The notes beneath the pieces were generated by a model. That model was not told the origin of the DNA. It saw only the letters and a program-made list of their open reading frames with translations, and searched no databases. 64,000 nt of DNA from Eledone cirrhosa (Eukaryota). The stretch spans positions 8,184,001 through 8,248,000 of the forward strand of contig OZ024758.1 of the NCBI GenBank assembly GCA_964016885.1, read 5' to 3'. Made by a program: the position numbers and the translations under genes. The first letter of the stretch is position 1; each line of letters begins with the position of its first letter. This document shows, piece after piece, positions 13,301-26,939 of the stretch.

Positions 13301-14424
13301 AGCTTCCACTACAGTTTGGGGATTGGAGGAGATTAACTATATATACTGTACATGTGTATTATTATTTGCCTTTCATCCTTACGGGGTCGATAAAATAAAG
13401 TACCAGTAATGCACTGGGTTAATTGCTGGCCTTGTGCCAAAAGTAGAAACAATCATTATTATTATCTCACGCTTTTTTATCCCCAATACGAAACAAAGAA
13501 AAAAATGTTAAATGTGGTCATACTAACATATTTAGAATAAATAGGAAATCAGTGTAGTAAAAACCAAAGCGCAAGTATATTGAAACAAATTATTAGAGGG
13601 GCTTAATCCCCTTAGCACCGGAAAGGCACGATAGGAGGTTTCTCTGATGTTTTAATGAAAAAAGATCACAGTCTTACCATGAAAAAGTACCCCCACAGAA
13701 CGCGACCCCAGTCCTTTGTAGGGGTTTAACCATCAACTGAGTAAACTGAAGCAACTTGAAAACGAAGCATTTTACTAACGAACGCAGTCCAGGAATCAAA
13801 CCGACGACCTTATGATTAGCATAAATCCAGCTCCCAAAAGCGATAGGCTACACGCCTTCATAGGGTGACATACACCAGCACAACAATTCATTCCATCAAT
13901 GAAATATGGAGAACACAATATCACTTTTGAAATATATTTGGAAATCAACAGACAGGAGAGAAAATACTAGCATTTAGTAATGGTTCGAAGTTCTGCGACT
14001 ACTGCCTTACTAAAAAAAAAAAAATTCTTTAAAACAAACTTGAAAATGTTGTTGTGATTTCTCTGTAAAGAGAACATTTTACTAATCTGGCCCCCTTTTT
14101 TTTTATCGGGCTATCTTTACCTTTTCAGAGTTTTTTTTTTGTTTTTTTTTCATATTCATTGGTTGTTCCGTTACCGTATTTCAAATGAAAGACACTGTCT
14201 ATGATTTTCAAATAATTTCGAAAATAAGATTGGAGAGAAGTGTCGATGTAGTAAGATGTTTCTCTTTGGAGCAGAATTTAACAAGGGTTTAACAAGAGTT
14301 TTTTTTTAGATAAATATAAACATTTTAAAATAAATAGCTTCGTGTCGCTAAGCCAGCGACATGTTGATGTCAAAGGAGGTTAATCTAAGTTTTATTTGTG
14401 TTTTCACCACCTCATCATTTGACT

Positions 14425-14645
14425 AACTATGGATGCTGCCGTTAGGACGAGAGCCACAGCAAATACTCTGATCTGTCGGCCAGCTACATTTTTCAGCCTC
14501 TGGCTTTCGAGACGTTGCGAGGTTCCTCTCTTCACTGCGTAATAAGAGGTAACTGGCGAATCTCGTGAGGGCGCTTGGCTGTTTCAGCTCATCAGCCTCG
14601 TCATCACCCGAGGCAACGCTGCCAGTGTGCTGGCTTGTCTCAAAA
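14425..14645 (+). mobile_element. CRE/RLE-type non-LTR element C-terminal fragment
   Basis: KYSDLSASYIFQPLAFETLRG...TGESREGAWLFQLISLVITRGNAASVLAC. Confidence 0.75.
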
Positions 14646-14970
14646 ATCATTAGAGAGGTTGCCCAGTACCCCTCGCTGCTGTCTTTTGCTCTGGCGTTGG
14701 CTCCGTTGTTCACCCCTTCCTTTACATTTTCTTTAATATTGTAACATTAAAAGAATATATATTTCTGAATGAATCGCGAGCAATTTATAATGTTATCTAA
14801 GCATGTGTAATGTTATTTATGTATATATTAAAACATATTTGTTATGTTATTCTACTGTAAATTTATTTATATGCTCTGTTTATATTTTCATTCTGAAAGA
14901 ATTGCAAACGATTTGTAATGTTATTTATACAACTAACTATATATTATTTATATTACTTCCTATATTTCAG

Positions 14971-15700
14971 GTGGGCTGTGTCTACAGTAATGACTCGACA
15001 GAATCAGATTCCTTCTTCTAATGGAAACCAGATGATAAATGCTTTGATACCTTTTTGGGACATGTGTAACCACTGTAATGGGCAGTTATCAACAGATTTT
15101 GATCTAGCCGAAAATTGTGGAAAATGTTATGCTATGGTAAATTTTCAGAAGGGGGAGCAACTCTTTATTTTTTATGGTCCTCGTTCTAATTCAGAATTGT
15201 TAATACACAACGGATTTGTTTATATGGAGAATTTGTTTGACACTCTTACCATTAAGTTGGGCGTGAGTAAAAGTGATCCGTTGTATGCTCTTAAAACTGA
15301 AGTTTTAGCTCGGCTATCAATGATGCCTTCTAAAAGTTTCCAATTGAATGCAGGAGCTAAACCTGTCTCTAGAGAATTGTTATCATTTCTTCGTGTCATC
15401 TGCATGAATCAAGAAAATCTCCAGGAAAGATTTACTGGAGAAAATGCAGCAGATTTACTTTCTCAAATGGGCAATGAAGAAGTTATAGTTTCTCAAGAAA
15501 ATGAAATGAAAGTATGGCAGTTCATTGCCACTAGGGTTCAGTTATTATTTAAAACTTACCCTACATGTCCAGAAAATGATGAACAATTGAGTGAAAATGC
15601 AAAACTTTCCCAGCAGATGGTGATATGTGAGAAAAGGATTCTGAAAAGTACCTTGGATTATGCTACAAGTAAACAACAAAGTTTATCAACGCCAGAGTAA
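14971..15700 (+). CDS. SETD3: SETD3 exon 2 (rest of SET domain plus Rubisco-LSMT substrate-binding domain)
   Basis: Pyrimidine-rich tract and TTTCAG acceptor ending at 14970. Splicing restores YR|WAVSTVMTRQNQIP, then ALIPFWDMCNH and FIFYGPRSNSELLIHNGFVY. Joined CDS is 1470 nt (489 aa plus stop); intron is 8366 nt. Confidence 0.93.
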
Positions 15701-15903
15701 ACCTACACATTTTTGTTGTTGTTGTTTTGTTGTCCTCAAAAAATATATATTTTTATCAAGGTTTTATATGACTTTTTTATGCTTTTGAAATTTCATGGCA
15801 TTTATGACAGCCAGTATTTTATCGAATCTTCAATTTTGGAATTTTGAACATTTGCATGTTGATGATAGAAGAGACATTTTTACAGATGGATGCTCACTCA
15901 ACC

Positions 15904-15913
15904 ATTAAATAAA
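15904..15913 (+). terminator. Candidate SETD3 polyadenylation signal
   Basis: Overlapping ATTAAA/AATAAA about 200 nt after the stop codon. Confidence 0.4.
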
Positions 15914-15989
15914 AATATCTATTTTTATGTAGTCAGGAAGAGTGTTAGAGAAGAGGATAAAGAAAAAAGTGAAAATTAATTAAATGAAA

Positions 15990-17200
15990 GTTTGAATTTG
16001 TGCGGAGAAAAGGATTGACTGATGCAATTTCTATTGTGAAGCAGTTCCAGGAGAAGTACGGGGTCAATGTGAAGAATTTGTTTTGTTTTGTAGATTTGTT
16101 GATCTGGAGAAAGCTTTCGATAATGTTCTACATGAAACAGTGACACTGGCATTGAAAGAGTTAGGGAGTGGAAGAACAGTTGGTTAGAGTAGCGATGACA
16201 ATGTATGAGACAACATATAGTCATAAGGATAAAGGTTGAGAGCAGTGACAAGTTTAAAGGTTGGAATGTTTCAAGGATCAGCATTAAGTCCACTACTATT
16301 TGTGGATGTGATGGAGATACTGGCCTGAAGTGTCATGGCGGGTTTACCATGACAGTTGCTGTACACAGAAGACCTGATGATGTTAATAGCAGAGAGTATG
16401 GATAGACTGAGGGAGAAGATGAAAAGGTAGAAGGAATATATGGAAGGAAAAGGTATGAAGGTTAATACTGGAAAGACAAAGGTGATTGGTAAAGTGTAAA
16501 TGGTAAAACATATATATAGGAGGAAAGTGGCCATGTGCAGTGTGCATGAAGGATGTTGGAGTGAACTCCATTAAATGTAGAATATGCACTGGGTCGGTAT
16601 ATGAAAAGTGTAAATAATGTAGCAGTATATTAAAGTGTAAAGTGTGTCTGGAATGAGTTACAGATGGATGGAAATATTGAGCTGGGACTAGGGAATGGTG
16701 TGAAGATGGAAGGTGTTAAATTTTTTGTTACTTCAGAGATGTTGAAAGATCTTGAGTAAAGCTCTTTGTTTTTTTGGGGGGAGGGTTTAATTTATTTTTA
16801 CTGAAACACATGACAGGAATAAAAATATTTCAGTTCATTTTTGCTATTTGTTTCATTATTACATCTGTGCAGTGTCCCACCATAAAGCTGACTGACCAGG
16901 TCATGAAAGTTACAGAAAGAGTCATAACACAATTGATCAGTGTTGTATAGACCTAGATGAAATACAGTTTGGATTTGTGCCGGGAAAAAAGCACCACTGA
17001 CACCCTCTTCCTTGTGAGACTTATGCAGGAGATGTACCTGGCTAAAAGCAAGCCATTCTACCTAGCTTTCAAAGACCTGTAATATGGTGGGCCCTCAGAA
17101 AACAAGGCGTAGATGAGTGACTCGAGAGCAGTACAGGCTATGTACAAAGGGGCCACCAGCAAAATTAAAATCAACAATGAATACAATGAGGAATTCAGCA
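15990..17200 (+). mobile_element. Highly decayed RTE LINE RT fragments
   Basis: FVDLEKAFD-like (gttgatctggagaaagctttcgat), QGSALSPLLF, MKVNTGKTKV and QFGFVPGKSTTD pieces. Confidence 0.7.
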
Positions 17201-17823
17201 TACAGTGAAACTGGGGTGCTGATGTGTGAAGTGTTGGTGCAGCCAACTAGCCTGTCCCTCCTCATAGTGGTGCCATCCAGTCCCAGGCTCCCAAAATGTG
17301 GTGTCATATTGAGAAAGGTTCATGAAGGGGAGAGTGTCCAGATATGAAACTGGGATGCCACTGTGAGAAGAGTCCTGCCCAGCCAACTGGCCTGTTCCTC
17401 TTAGTGGTGTCATTCAGTGCTGGGCTCTAAAAACTGTGTTCCTGCTGTGAGCCAGGCTCCCATATGGTGATTCTGCCCCTATCCCTTCACATAGCGACGT
17501 CATCTATTACCTAGCCCCAAAACTATGTTTATGCTGTGAGATGGGTTCGGCACAGCCAACTGGCTTGTCCTTCCTCACAGCAGTGCCACCTGGAATGTTT
17601 TCAACAATGGTCACTCCATAGTGTCAAATCAACTCCCGAAGTTGAAGCAATCAAATGGTGCTACACCAAGAAGATTGCATCGATGAAAGATATGCAGTGA
17701 TCTACATATGGAAGGGCTAACACGAAACTTTGGCATTCAGGGACAGCACTGTGTAGTGCCAAAGCTCTTAGTGCCTCCATGCTTTAAGTAAGGATAAAGA
17801 TAGTAAAATAACTTTGGGTTTAA

Positions 17824-18038
17824 CCCTTTACCATTTACATTACTCTATATTTACTGTTATATTTTCATGGTAAAAGCTTTACCTCACATAATTATCTCAG
17901 ATAACATCGAATCTATGAGATTTTGATATTATTTATTTTTAGAACAATACTTTAACATAAGCAGCTGGTTACAGCCAGTTTTAACAGAAAAAGGTGAGAG
18001 AATTCTGGCCGGATACAGCCGGTTTAAATGCTAAAGGG
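17824..18038. mobile_element. piggyBac-like MITE
   Basis: TTAA|CCCTTTACCATTTA ... TAAATGCTAAAGGG|TTAA. Confidence 0.75.
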
Positions 18039-18234
18039 TTAAATAACCCCCAGCTCTTTAGCATGTTGAAAAGAAAAATGAAAAACAGATCTATACAGGG
18101 TAATTGTAAATATTTTCAAGAATCAACTTGACATTCTGCTAAGATCATGGCAAGAAACATGAATATAGGCGATGAAACTCCTTCAATCATCAATAACTAA
18201 CCAAGGAAGGATGGTCATAAAAGTGTAGCAATAA

Positions 18235-18665
18235 TTTTTTCTACTTTTGGCACAAGGCCAGCAACTACCCCAGTGTATTACTGGTACTTTATTTTACCGA
18301 CCCAGTAAGGATGAAAGGCAAAGTTAACCGAGGCGGGATTTTAACTCAGATCATAAAGGGCCGTAACTCTATGCTGCAAAGCATGGCGTCTGACAATCTA
18401 CCAATGACCCTGGGTATGGCATCAACCCGTGGGCAGGAACAAATTAAAGAAATGTAAGGAAAGAGAGAAGAGCTGGTCGGTGGATTGGCAGTATCGGTAG
18501 AGGTTCGGACGCCATGCTTTGACGCATAGAGTTACGGCCCTTGCCATTCTGAGTTCAAATCCCGCCGAGGTTAACTTTGCCTTTCATCCTTACGGGGTCG
18601 ATAAAATAAAGTACCAGTAATGTACTGGGTAATTTTCTGGCCTTGTGCCAATAGTAGAAACAATT
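18235..18665. mobile_element. Two Nin-domain tRNA-SINEs in opposite orientation
   Basis: Head TGGCAGTATCGGTAGA, B-box GAGTTCAAATCC, Nin core GCCTTTCATCCTTACGGGGTCGATAAA...AGTACCAGT. Confidence 0.85.
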
Positions 18666-19485
18666 ATATCAGATCACGAAAACTATGTTTGTATTCCTCC
18701 ATTGCTGATATTACCTGTCAGTCAGTTGTAATTTGTGACAGAACCGTCATCGTTTTTCTGGTGACAGAAAGCAGGATTTGAACTCAGAACGCAGAGTCGG
18801 AAGAAATATCGCAAACATTCCATCCAAGATTTTTAACAACTCTACCGTCTATGGATTGGTACGATATCTATCAGCAATGAAATCATATCCGCTCTCTTGC
18901 TCTGGAACCCTGACTCCAGCCTGACTAGGAGTAGGAAGCTGTCATTCCCTGACGTTATCTCTATCTCTAGGGATACGGGAATCAGTAGACAGGACCTGGG
19001 GGACAGGGAATTCTGGGGCATGAGAGTGAGATCCATCATCTCGACAGTAGTCGACGAGTGATCGACTCCGAAAGGATAAAAGGCTAAGTTGAATATGTGT
19101 TTTGTGTTTACGTATATAAAGACGCACTTAAGAATTATTAGAGTAGTTTTTTAAGAGTTATTTCCCTTGATCTTGTCAGAATACCCATTAATTTATTAAA
19201 CTTTCTCATTTATCCTATTGTATTGATTTTCAATTTATATTTATTTTTTCTTAATTTTTTTTTGCAAAACAAATGTTGACATTTGTCCCCAGATGGGCAA
19301 CATTACAATGGAATTTATCTAAAGAGTTCCCAACAATATATAATTAGATGAAGTCAAGGCAGAATCAAACTGGCCAGAGATGAGTGTCAGAGTCATGTTT
19401 TCACTTTTCAATGTGTGGTGATAAACAAAAGCTTTAAAGACAAAACATTTTCCTATTCGCGAGTTTTATATCGAACAATAATAAA

Positions 19486-20637
19486 GGTTTCTACTTTTGG
19501 CACAAGGCCAGCAATTATCTCAGTGCATTACTGGTACTTTATTTTATCGACCCCCGTAAGGATGAAAGGCAAAGTTAACCTCGGCGGGGATTTGAACTCA
19601 GACCGCAAAGGGCAGTAACTCTATGCTGCAACGATAGCGTCCGACCCTCTCCTGATACTGCCAATCCACCAATATCGAACAATAATAATATTCGATTCAT
19701 TTGCAAGCAAGCAAAGATTTGATGAAATGATAAAACCTACGTGTCACCCGTGGCATGAAAGCTGATAGTTAAGTAAACGTATAAAGTCTGGGTATGTTCA
19801 GGCATATTTTGTTACATTCAATTGAAAGGAACTGCACACGCAGAAGAAATGTCATCAAAAAATGTAGTTGACCTTTTCCAGTTAGTATCAAGTCTCACAG
19901 GAATGTCTCCAGTTACTTTTAAAATCCTTTACTTACCTTCAATTTAATCTTTCCTTTATTTTGTCGACATTCTGACTGCATGACGCTTTTTATTATATTG
20001 TTGTTTTGTTGTTTAAAAGGGGCGGTGGTTTGGCAGTATCGGTAGAGCGTCGGACACCATACTTTGCAGCATAGAGTTATGGCCTTTTACGTTCTGGGTT
20101 CAAATCCCGCCAAGGTTAACTTTGCCTTTCATCCTTACGGAGTCGATAAAATAAAGTACCAGTAATGCACTGGGGTAATTGCTGGCCTTGTGCCAAAAGT
20201 AGAAACATTGTTGTTTATTAAGAAAGAAAGAAAGAAAGAAATCCCTATATTGTTGTTTATTTATTTATTTAACCAGTTTTTCGGAATTGTGTGTGGTGGG
20301 GGGGGGGGGGTCTACCCAAGATGGTTTTACCAAAGAGGAAATATAAGGAATCTGGAAGAAATGGAACTATACTGATAGTTTTGTATTTTGACAAATCATG
20401 CTTTTATAATAATTTTAAGTTAAGTGAGTACCATTAAATTTAAAAGAGACTGGTGGATTGGCAGTATCGGTAGAGGGTCGGACACCATGCTTTGCAGCAT
20501 GGAGTTACGGGCCTTTATGATCTGAGTTCAAATCCCGCTGAGGTTAACTTTGCCTTTCATCCTTATGAGGTCGATAAAATAAAGTACCAGTAATGCACTG
20601 GGATAATTGCTGGCCTTGTGCCAAAAGTAGAAACAAT
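19486..20637. mobile_element. Cluster of Nin-domain SINEs (19486-19671 -, 20022-20207 +, 20451-20637 +)
   Basis: Same roughly 185-bp consensus. Other copies at about 7888, 9335, 13365, 22148, 37130, 40311, 40528, 40735, 43988, 44180, 45946, 46441, 48978, 50303, 57952, 59320, 60578 and 60788. Confidence 0.85.
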
Positions 20638-20989
20638 TAAATTTAAAAGAGACTGGAATTAGAATTTAGCCTAGAAGTTGCTGTAAGTTGAACAGAATCA
20701 TCTATCTATCTTGAGAGTCACGGCAGGCTGTTGATATAGGCACTGAAGTCTACTGTCTTCCTCAAAACAATCACAGAAAATGTTGCTGAAAGTCTCAGCC
20801 ATCTGCATGGAATCGGATAACATCCGCCCATCGTGGTTCGTAAAAGACCATATCATAGCTTTGTTTCCACGTCTGCTACCTTGGTCTATCAAATGTAGTT
20901 CGCTCCTTTATTTCTACGAGCATACGTCTTATCCTGAACAACGCAACCTTTGTTTTGCGTCAAAGAAATGCTAGAGCATCAATTTTGTG

Positions 20990-21360
20990 GTAGGGGTCGC
21001 CGTAGTGGTATAAGGCGTTTGTCGGCCATTTTAAGCCTGGTGAAGAACTGAGTAGTAGTGGTATAGTGGTTTAGGGGTCGCCGTAGTGGTATAAGGCGTT
21101 TCTCGGCCATTTTAAGCCTGGTGAAGAACTGAGTAGAGTAGATTTCTTCCAGAAAAGAATAGAAAGTGAGAGAGCGAAAATGAAAAAGATATATAGAGGA
21201 AGAATCGACCTTAGTACTAGACTGATAGACTGGTACTTTTTTATCGACCCCGAAAAGATGAAAGACAAAGTTGACCTCAGCGGGCTTTGAACTCAGAGAG
21301 CCGGAACGAATGCTACAAAGAATTCTATTCGACGTTCTAATGACTCTTTCATTTTGCCGC
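20990..21360 (-). mobile_element. Long-tailed Nin-SINE subfamily
   Basis: SINE head and Nin core followed by a distinct tail (tctggaagaaatct...ccaggcttaaaatggcc). Related copies at 44765-45420, 50650-51125, 53345-53690 and a partial one at 41760-41865. Confidence 0.7.
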
Positions 21361-21632
21361 TTATTTCATACATTACGATTCCTAGTAATCTTTTCTAAAC
21401 CTCCTACAAGCTTCTCCTTCCTTGCTGTTCTCTATTGTAACTTCCTTCTTAAACCTTATTGACTCTAGTCTTCCTCTTTAAGGCGGCACAACACCATCTA
21501 TTGACGATTGCTCCAGTTAATTCCTGCCGAACTCAATCACTGATGCTGTTTCTGAGCATTTCTTACGAGAAACGAACAGAATATAAATCTGTGATGTATA
21601 GCTATCTATTAAAAACTATAGACACACTACAA

Positions 21633-21841
21633 CAGGCATGTCAAACTGAGGGTCCCCCAAGGGCCACATGGGTCACATATGTGTTGTCTGAGGGCCACAT
21701 GGGTCACATATGTGTTGTCTGAGGGCCACACACAACTAATTGCGCTCATTACAACTCGTGCTGTAAAAACCTTTGTGCGGGCCGCAGGTGTGCTTGTAAA
21801 GAACAGCAGGCGGCCTGCGGATCGCATGTTTCACATGTAGT
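21633..21841. mobile_element. hAT-type MITE
   Basis: TIR CAGGCATGTCAAACT; approximate 8-bp TSD cactacaa/gactacaa; two 31-bp internal units. Confidence 0.75.
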
Positions 21842-23397
21842 GACTACAATATCCCTATCCGTTAATTCATGTGGTAGAATCGTTACAACATGCTTTATGG
21901 TAATTAGTTATAGCTTTTTATGTTCTGAGTTCAAATCCTGTCAATGTCAACTTTGCTTTTCTTTATCCGGGGTCGATTAAAAAACAAATAGCAGAAAAAT
22001 ACAGAGGTTGATTTAATCGATCTTTCCCTTCAATCAGCGATATATATATGAAACCTGTCACGCACTGCTAATCAACCAAACTATAAAAAATAGATGACCT
22101 ACTTAACATTAGAAAAATTGTCAAAACAATAGCTTCATTTATTTATTGGTTTCTTATTTAGGCACAAGGCCAGCAATTGAAGGGGAGAGGAAAGTTGATT
22201 AAATCGACCCCAGTGCGTGACTGGTACTTTATTTTATCGACCCCGTAAGGATGAAAGGCAAAATTAACCTTATTGGGATTTGAACTCAGGTCGTAAAGGG
22301 CCGTAACTCTATGCTGCAAATCATGGTGCCCGACCCTCTACCGATACTGCCAATCCAAATAATAATGATTTAAAACAATAATCCCTCTAATATATAATTT
22401 TATGTAATTAAATCCCCTGACAGTTATTAAAAAGACCTTTCCATGCTACATCAGCTTGAATGCATTGGTAACAATTGTACTAAGTCTTGTCTCTTAATCC
22501 CTTTTTCTTCGTTATTTTTTGGCGCCTAAGGTGAAGTCTGGTCTATCATACTATGTACCATGCACTGATATTGTTCATTATAACATTACTGCTTATCAGA
22601 GCAGTTGCAGTCACGCAATGCAAGCTTCTCAATCAGGTTGAGGCACTGGTTAAACATCCCGCCATTTTTGTTTTTTATAATCAATGTTTCGTTTCGTTTC
22701 TTCTTCTTCTTCTTCTTCTTCTTCTTCTTCTTCTTCTTCTTCTTCTTTTCTTCTTCTTCTTCTTCTTCTTCTTCTTCTTCTTCTTCTTCTTCTTCTTCTT
22801 CTTCTATGTACGTTTGTAAATGTGTCTGTGTTTACGCGTTTATATTTATATACTCATACATATAAATGTATTCATATGCACATACACGCACGCACACACA
22901 TATATACACACACATACGCACCAGCGTGTTGAAAAAGATCCTAGTGTATATAAAGTGTACAATTTCACCTGGAATGGATCTGAACAAGAGAGCGTTAAGT
23001 GTTAAATAATTGAGGCATTCCTCTTGTTAATTACTCTTTAACATTCCAACTGTTGATTAAATGTCTTTAACTCTTGTCACATAATTAAGGAACCTCTCTT
23101 GCAGATGTGAGCCTAAATAAAGAAAATAAAACAACTTCTAGAGTTAATTTTCCTTATCAGTCATAGTAGTTTGGTTTTATGACAATTTGTAAAGGGGATG
23201 AGAAATATTTGAGGTAGATATAAATGTTGATCTGGTGACTGAACAAAGATGCGAATTGTTATGGTTGAAATTCTTCTTCAGGAGTGAGCAACCTATTCCA
23301 TTAGCGGGCCACTTTTAAACATTGGAACCACTATGTTAACCACATGTTAACACAGATATGTGTTAACATGTAGACCTTTAATACCTATATATATATA

Positions 23398-24295
23398 CAA
23401 GAAATGAAGAATAACATTGATAAGCTATACAATAGAGTTTATTCCAGGTATTAACAAATGTTTCATTGGCTCGGTGTGTCTAAAGATCGTTATCCGTGGT
23501 GCTGCTTAGACATTCGATTTTATCACCAGCCAAATTGCGCACGGTTATCGACAAGGGGGACAACTCAAGTTAGACTGATGTAGGGACACGGTTGAGATCA
23601 TTCTAGATAAAAATAGGTTGGATCTGTACTGGTGTCCTTGTAATAGCGTAATAAGTACTTGGCTGCATGGGGACATCGATTATATAAATCAGATCTTATA
23701 TTTAGACAGATACTGTTATGTAAACTCTACAGGATATCTATTCTTTCCGCGATGCACAGCTGACATGACAAACTCCCATTTCCCTATGGCCTAGATTTAG
23801 TCTGAACTTTGCATTGAATGGAGTAATCGACGCATGCGTCCTTGAGTGACCATATATGGCTTACGAGCTTCGTGGACGATCGTTTATCTGGGTATCTAAA
23901 CGTCATCTGATGGTTAAGGAAGCGGTCTTTAAACAGGCACTCCGCCATACCTACATGTGTTTTGACCTCCTATTGTTGGTTTGGTCGGGTAGCTGTAACT
24001 TCAGCTTAATAAACTAAAGCGGGTGTGTTACACTGTTATTGAAGGGGGGCATGTTTCTGGCTTTCTGCAAGAGCATCCAGGTGGGGTTGAGCGCGTGGGG
24101 TTGGTGGTATTGTGGGCTTTCATATTTTAGCACAGGAATAGTCAAGTTTCACTCTGTGTCTTTTGAAGATAGATTAGTATTTATTACCTGTGGGGAAGTG
24201 CTTATCTAGGAGTGCTAAGAATTTTTTTACCTATATTGGATCTAATACTGAGTGAGGATGGTGGGATAAACCAAATTACTTATTTTATTATTTCG
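23398..24295 (-). mobile_element. Decayed Penelope-like retroelement 3' portion (linker, GIY-YIG endonuclease, HHR-bearing UTR)
   Basis: Manual translation with stops and frameshifts: VIWFIPPSSLSIRSNIGKK/FLALLDKHFP...KLDYSC...CSCRKPETCP...KTHVGMAECLFKDRFLNHQMTF...STKLVSHIWSLKD...CQLCIAE. Followed by CUGGUGA...GAAAC AUUU GUU (23453-23529), AATAAA (23438-23443) and a short TA run. Confidence 0.85.
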
Positions 24296-24319
24296 AAAGC
24301 CATGTATGTATATACATAC

Positions 24320-24717
24320 ATGTTGGCTGCCAACTCGTTTTCGAGTACGGCCACTACTTTATATCCATGTAGGAGAACCCCGACCGATGCGTTGAACGAG
24401 TCTGACTTTTTAGTCCAGCCAGCGACTTGAAAACTCTGGTACAAACACTACACTTGTGACAATTATTGACACAGTGCTGGGCCCATGGTACCATGTGACG
24501 ACAAGTGCAGAGAGATCTCCAGATACAAAGCAATGCCTGTGCCGTGAAGCTTTTATAGTGAGCAAAGGCACTGCACAAAGCCAGTCCCACTCTCTTAACC
24601 AAGATGATATTTACCAAAAAGAACAAGTCAACATCATTGGATACCATCACGGTTGCAGGTGTTATATCAGTTTTCCTTCTCCTAGAATTCTGCCTTGACA
24701 AAGGCTAAGGGGTCATC
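24320..24717 (-). mobile_element. About 400-bp internally deleted RTE-derived element, copy 1
   Basis: Near-identical to 34302-34706 (+) and 42259-42667 (-). Contains a CSVCTRVFKSLAGLKS zinc-finger remnant and a (TATG)n tail. Confidence 0.75.
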
Positions 24718-24746
24718 ATACATACATACATACATACATACATACA

Positions 24747-24869
<123 letters not shown>

Positions 24870-24881
24870 ATACACACACAG

Positions 24882-24937
<56 letters not shown>

Positions 24938-24940
<3 letters not shown>

Positions 24941-25139
24941 AAAAATATGACACCGATGGCAGAGCTCAAGCCGTTTCGACGGCTAATTCTGGACTAAAAT
25001 TTTAGTCCAGAAATAGCTGTCGAAAGGGCTTGAGCTCTGCCGTCGGGGTCATATTTTTCCTATTTCCCAGTCTACTACCCTAAGTATTGAGTACTCTGCT
25101 GCGTTATGGTCCATCTGGTTCCTTACCACAATTCCTTTG

Positions 25140-25140
<1 letters not shown>
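24938..25140 (+). mobile_element. TA-associated fold-back element, family A
   Basis: Palindrome at 24938-25063 plus a tail ...GTATTGAGTAC...ccttaccaca. Homologs at 610-790, 8611-8815, 46150-46270, 49170-49230 and 49273-49462. Confidence 0.75.
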
Positions 25141-25205
<65 letters not shown>

Positions 25206-25830
25206 TTGTACTGTGACGCTTGTTTTATTATTTCTGTTTACTTTTGCATATATATGGATATATATATATGTGTGTGTGTGTGTATAATGTATACATATAT
25301 ATAATGTATATATATATATGTATATATATGTGTGTGTATATATCTTATATATATTATATATGTGTATATATGCATGTAAATATATGTAATCATATGAAAG
25401 TATATGTTTGTGTGTGTTTGAATGTGTGTGCATGTGAATGTGTGTATGTGAATGTGGGTGCGTGTGTGTGCGCGTGCGAGCGCGCGTTCCTCTCAGTGAA
25501 CTGCAAAAAAATAAAATAAACATGGTTGGCTTCCTATAGTTTATATATGAACTTCTTTATAAATGATTTGAAAGTAGGTTATCGTCAATTACTCATGACG
25601 CCATGGGCTGGGAAGAATCGAGTTACTTTCTTTTATATTCTCTCTAGTTTACCTTAAGTTATAAACAGACGACAGGGTCACTGCTATCCGGATTCTTATG
25701 AGCAATTCTATTCAAGTCACGTCCTCCCACATAATAGCAACAGTTGGACAAACAAACCTGTTGGGTAGGTTAACAGTGTAATTTGTGTCACCATTCCTTC
25801 AGCTAGTCTTCCCCCATACGATATTACAGA

Positions 25831-25944
<114 letters not shown>

Positions 25945-26864
25945 GTATAGAATATTACAAAAGACCAAGGTTAACAACTTAAATTCATTCTTTAATTTAT
26001 ACGTCTGTTTCAATGCGGTTGCAATATTAAATCCACATGCAAACAATTGGAAATTATTAATGATCAATTATTAACACCATGAATAATTGTTTCTACTTTT
26101 GGCACAAGGCCAGTAATTACCCAGTGTATTACTGGTACTTTAATACACTGGGTAATTACTGGCCTTGTGCCAAAAGTAGAAACAATTATTCACAATTATT
26201 AACACCATGAATAATACAAATAACTGCATTTCTTCAGGAAAATATGAGAAGGAACAAAGTTTACCAAGTTTAAATAGTATCAGGAATAGACTTCATACCA
26301 AAGACTAAGTGGAAAGCAAGTAACTAAATATATTTAAAAAAAACATATTATACATGGAGTTGTTTGACCGTCCAAAATTATAAGTTGAGGTACAAATCAT
26401 TGTCTTGACTATTTACAATGTTATTAATTATATTTGCTTATATAGTTAGAACAATATTTGTTGTTAGACTGGAAAGAGTAGAAAATATCTAAGAGGCAGT
26501 AGCAAGTAGGTTGAAGTAAAAAGCATTGCTTTATCTAATATTTACTATGATATTATTAATTTACATTATATAGTTAGAATAATATTTGTTGTTAGATTTT
26601 CAGGAGTGGAAATTATTTAAGAAGCAGTAACAAGTAGCAAGCAGTTTGTATTTTATATCATCAATGAATACAAATCTATACGAAGCATATACAATTATAT
26701 GCAGAGAGACACACGGTTGTTCACGCACACAAGTTGTATATATTATATTTGACATATGTTGATGCCTTAAGGACAGACACAGTTCTCTTGGAGGCGCAGC
26801 ACATGGCGGCAATGATGAGGGACAGGAGAGAACTCGTCCATGGATCTCGGGAATTTTACGCACC

Positions 26865-26939
<75 letters not shown>

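Noticed and set aside
18478-18570. tRNA gene calls at SINE heads
   Set aside because: A and B boxes are present but there is no cloverleaf, and they continue into SINE bodies.
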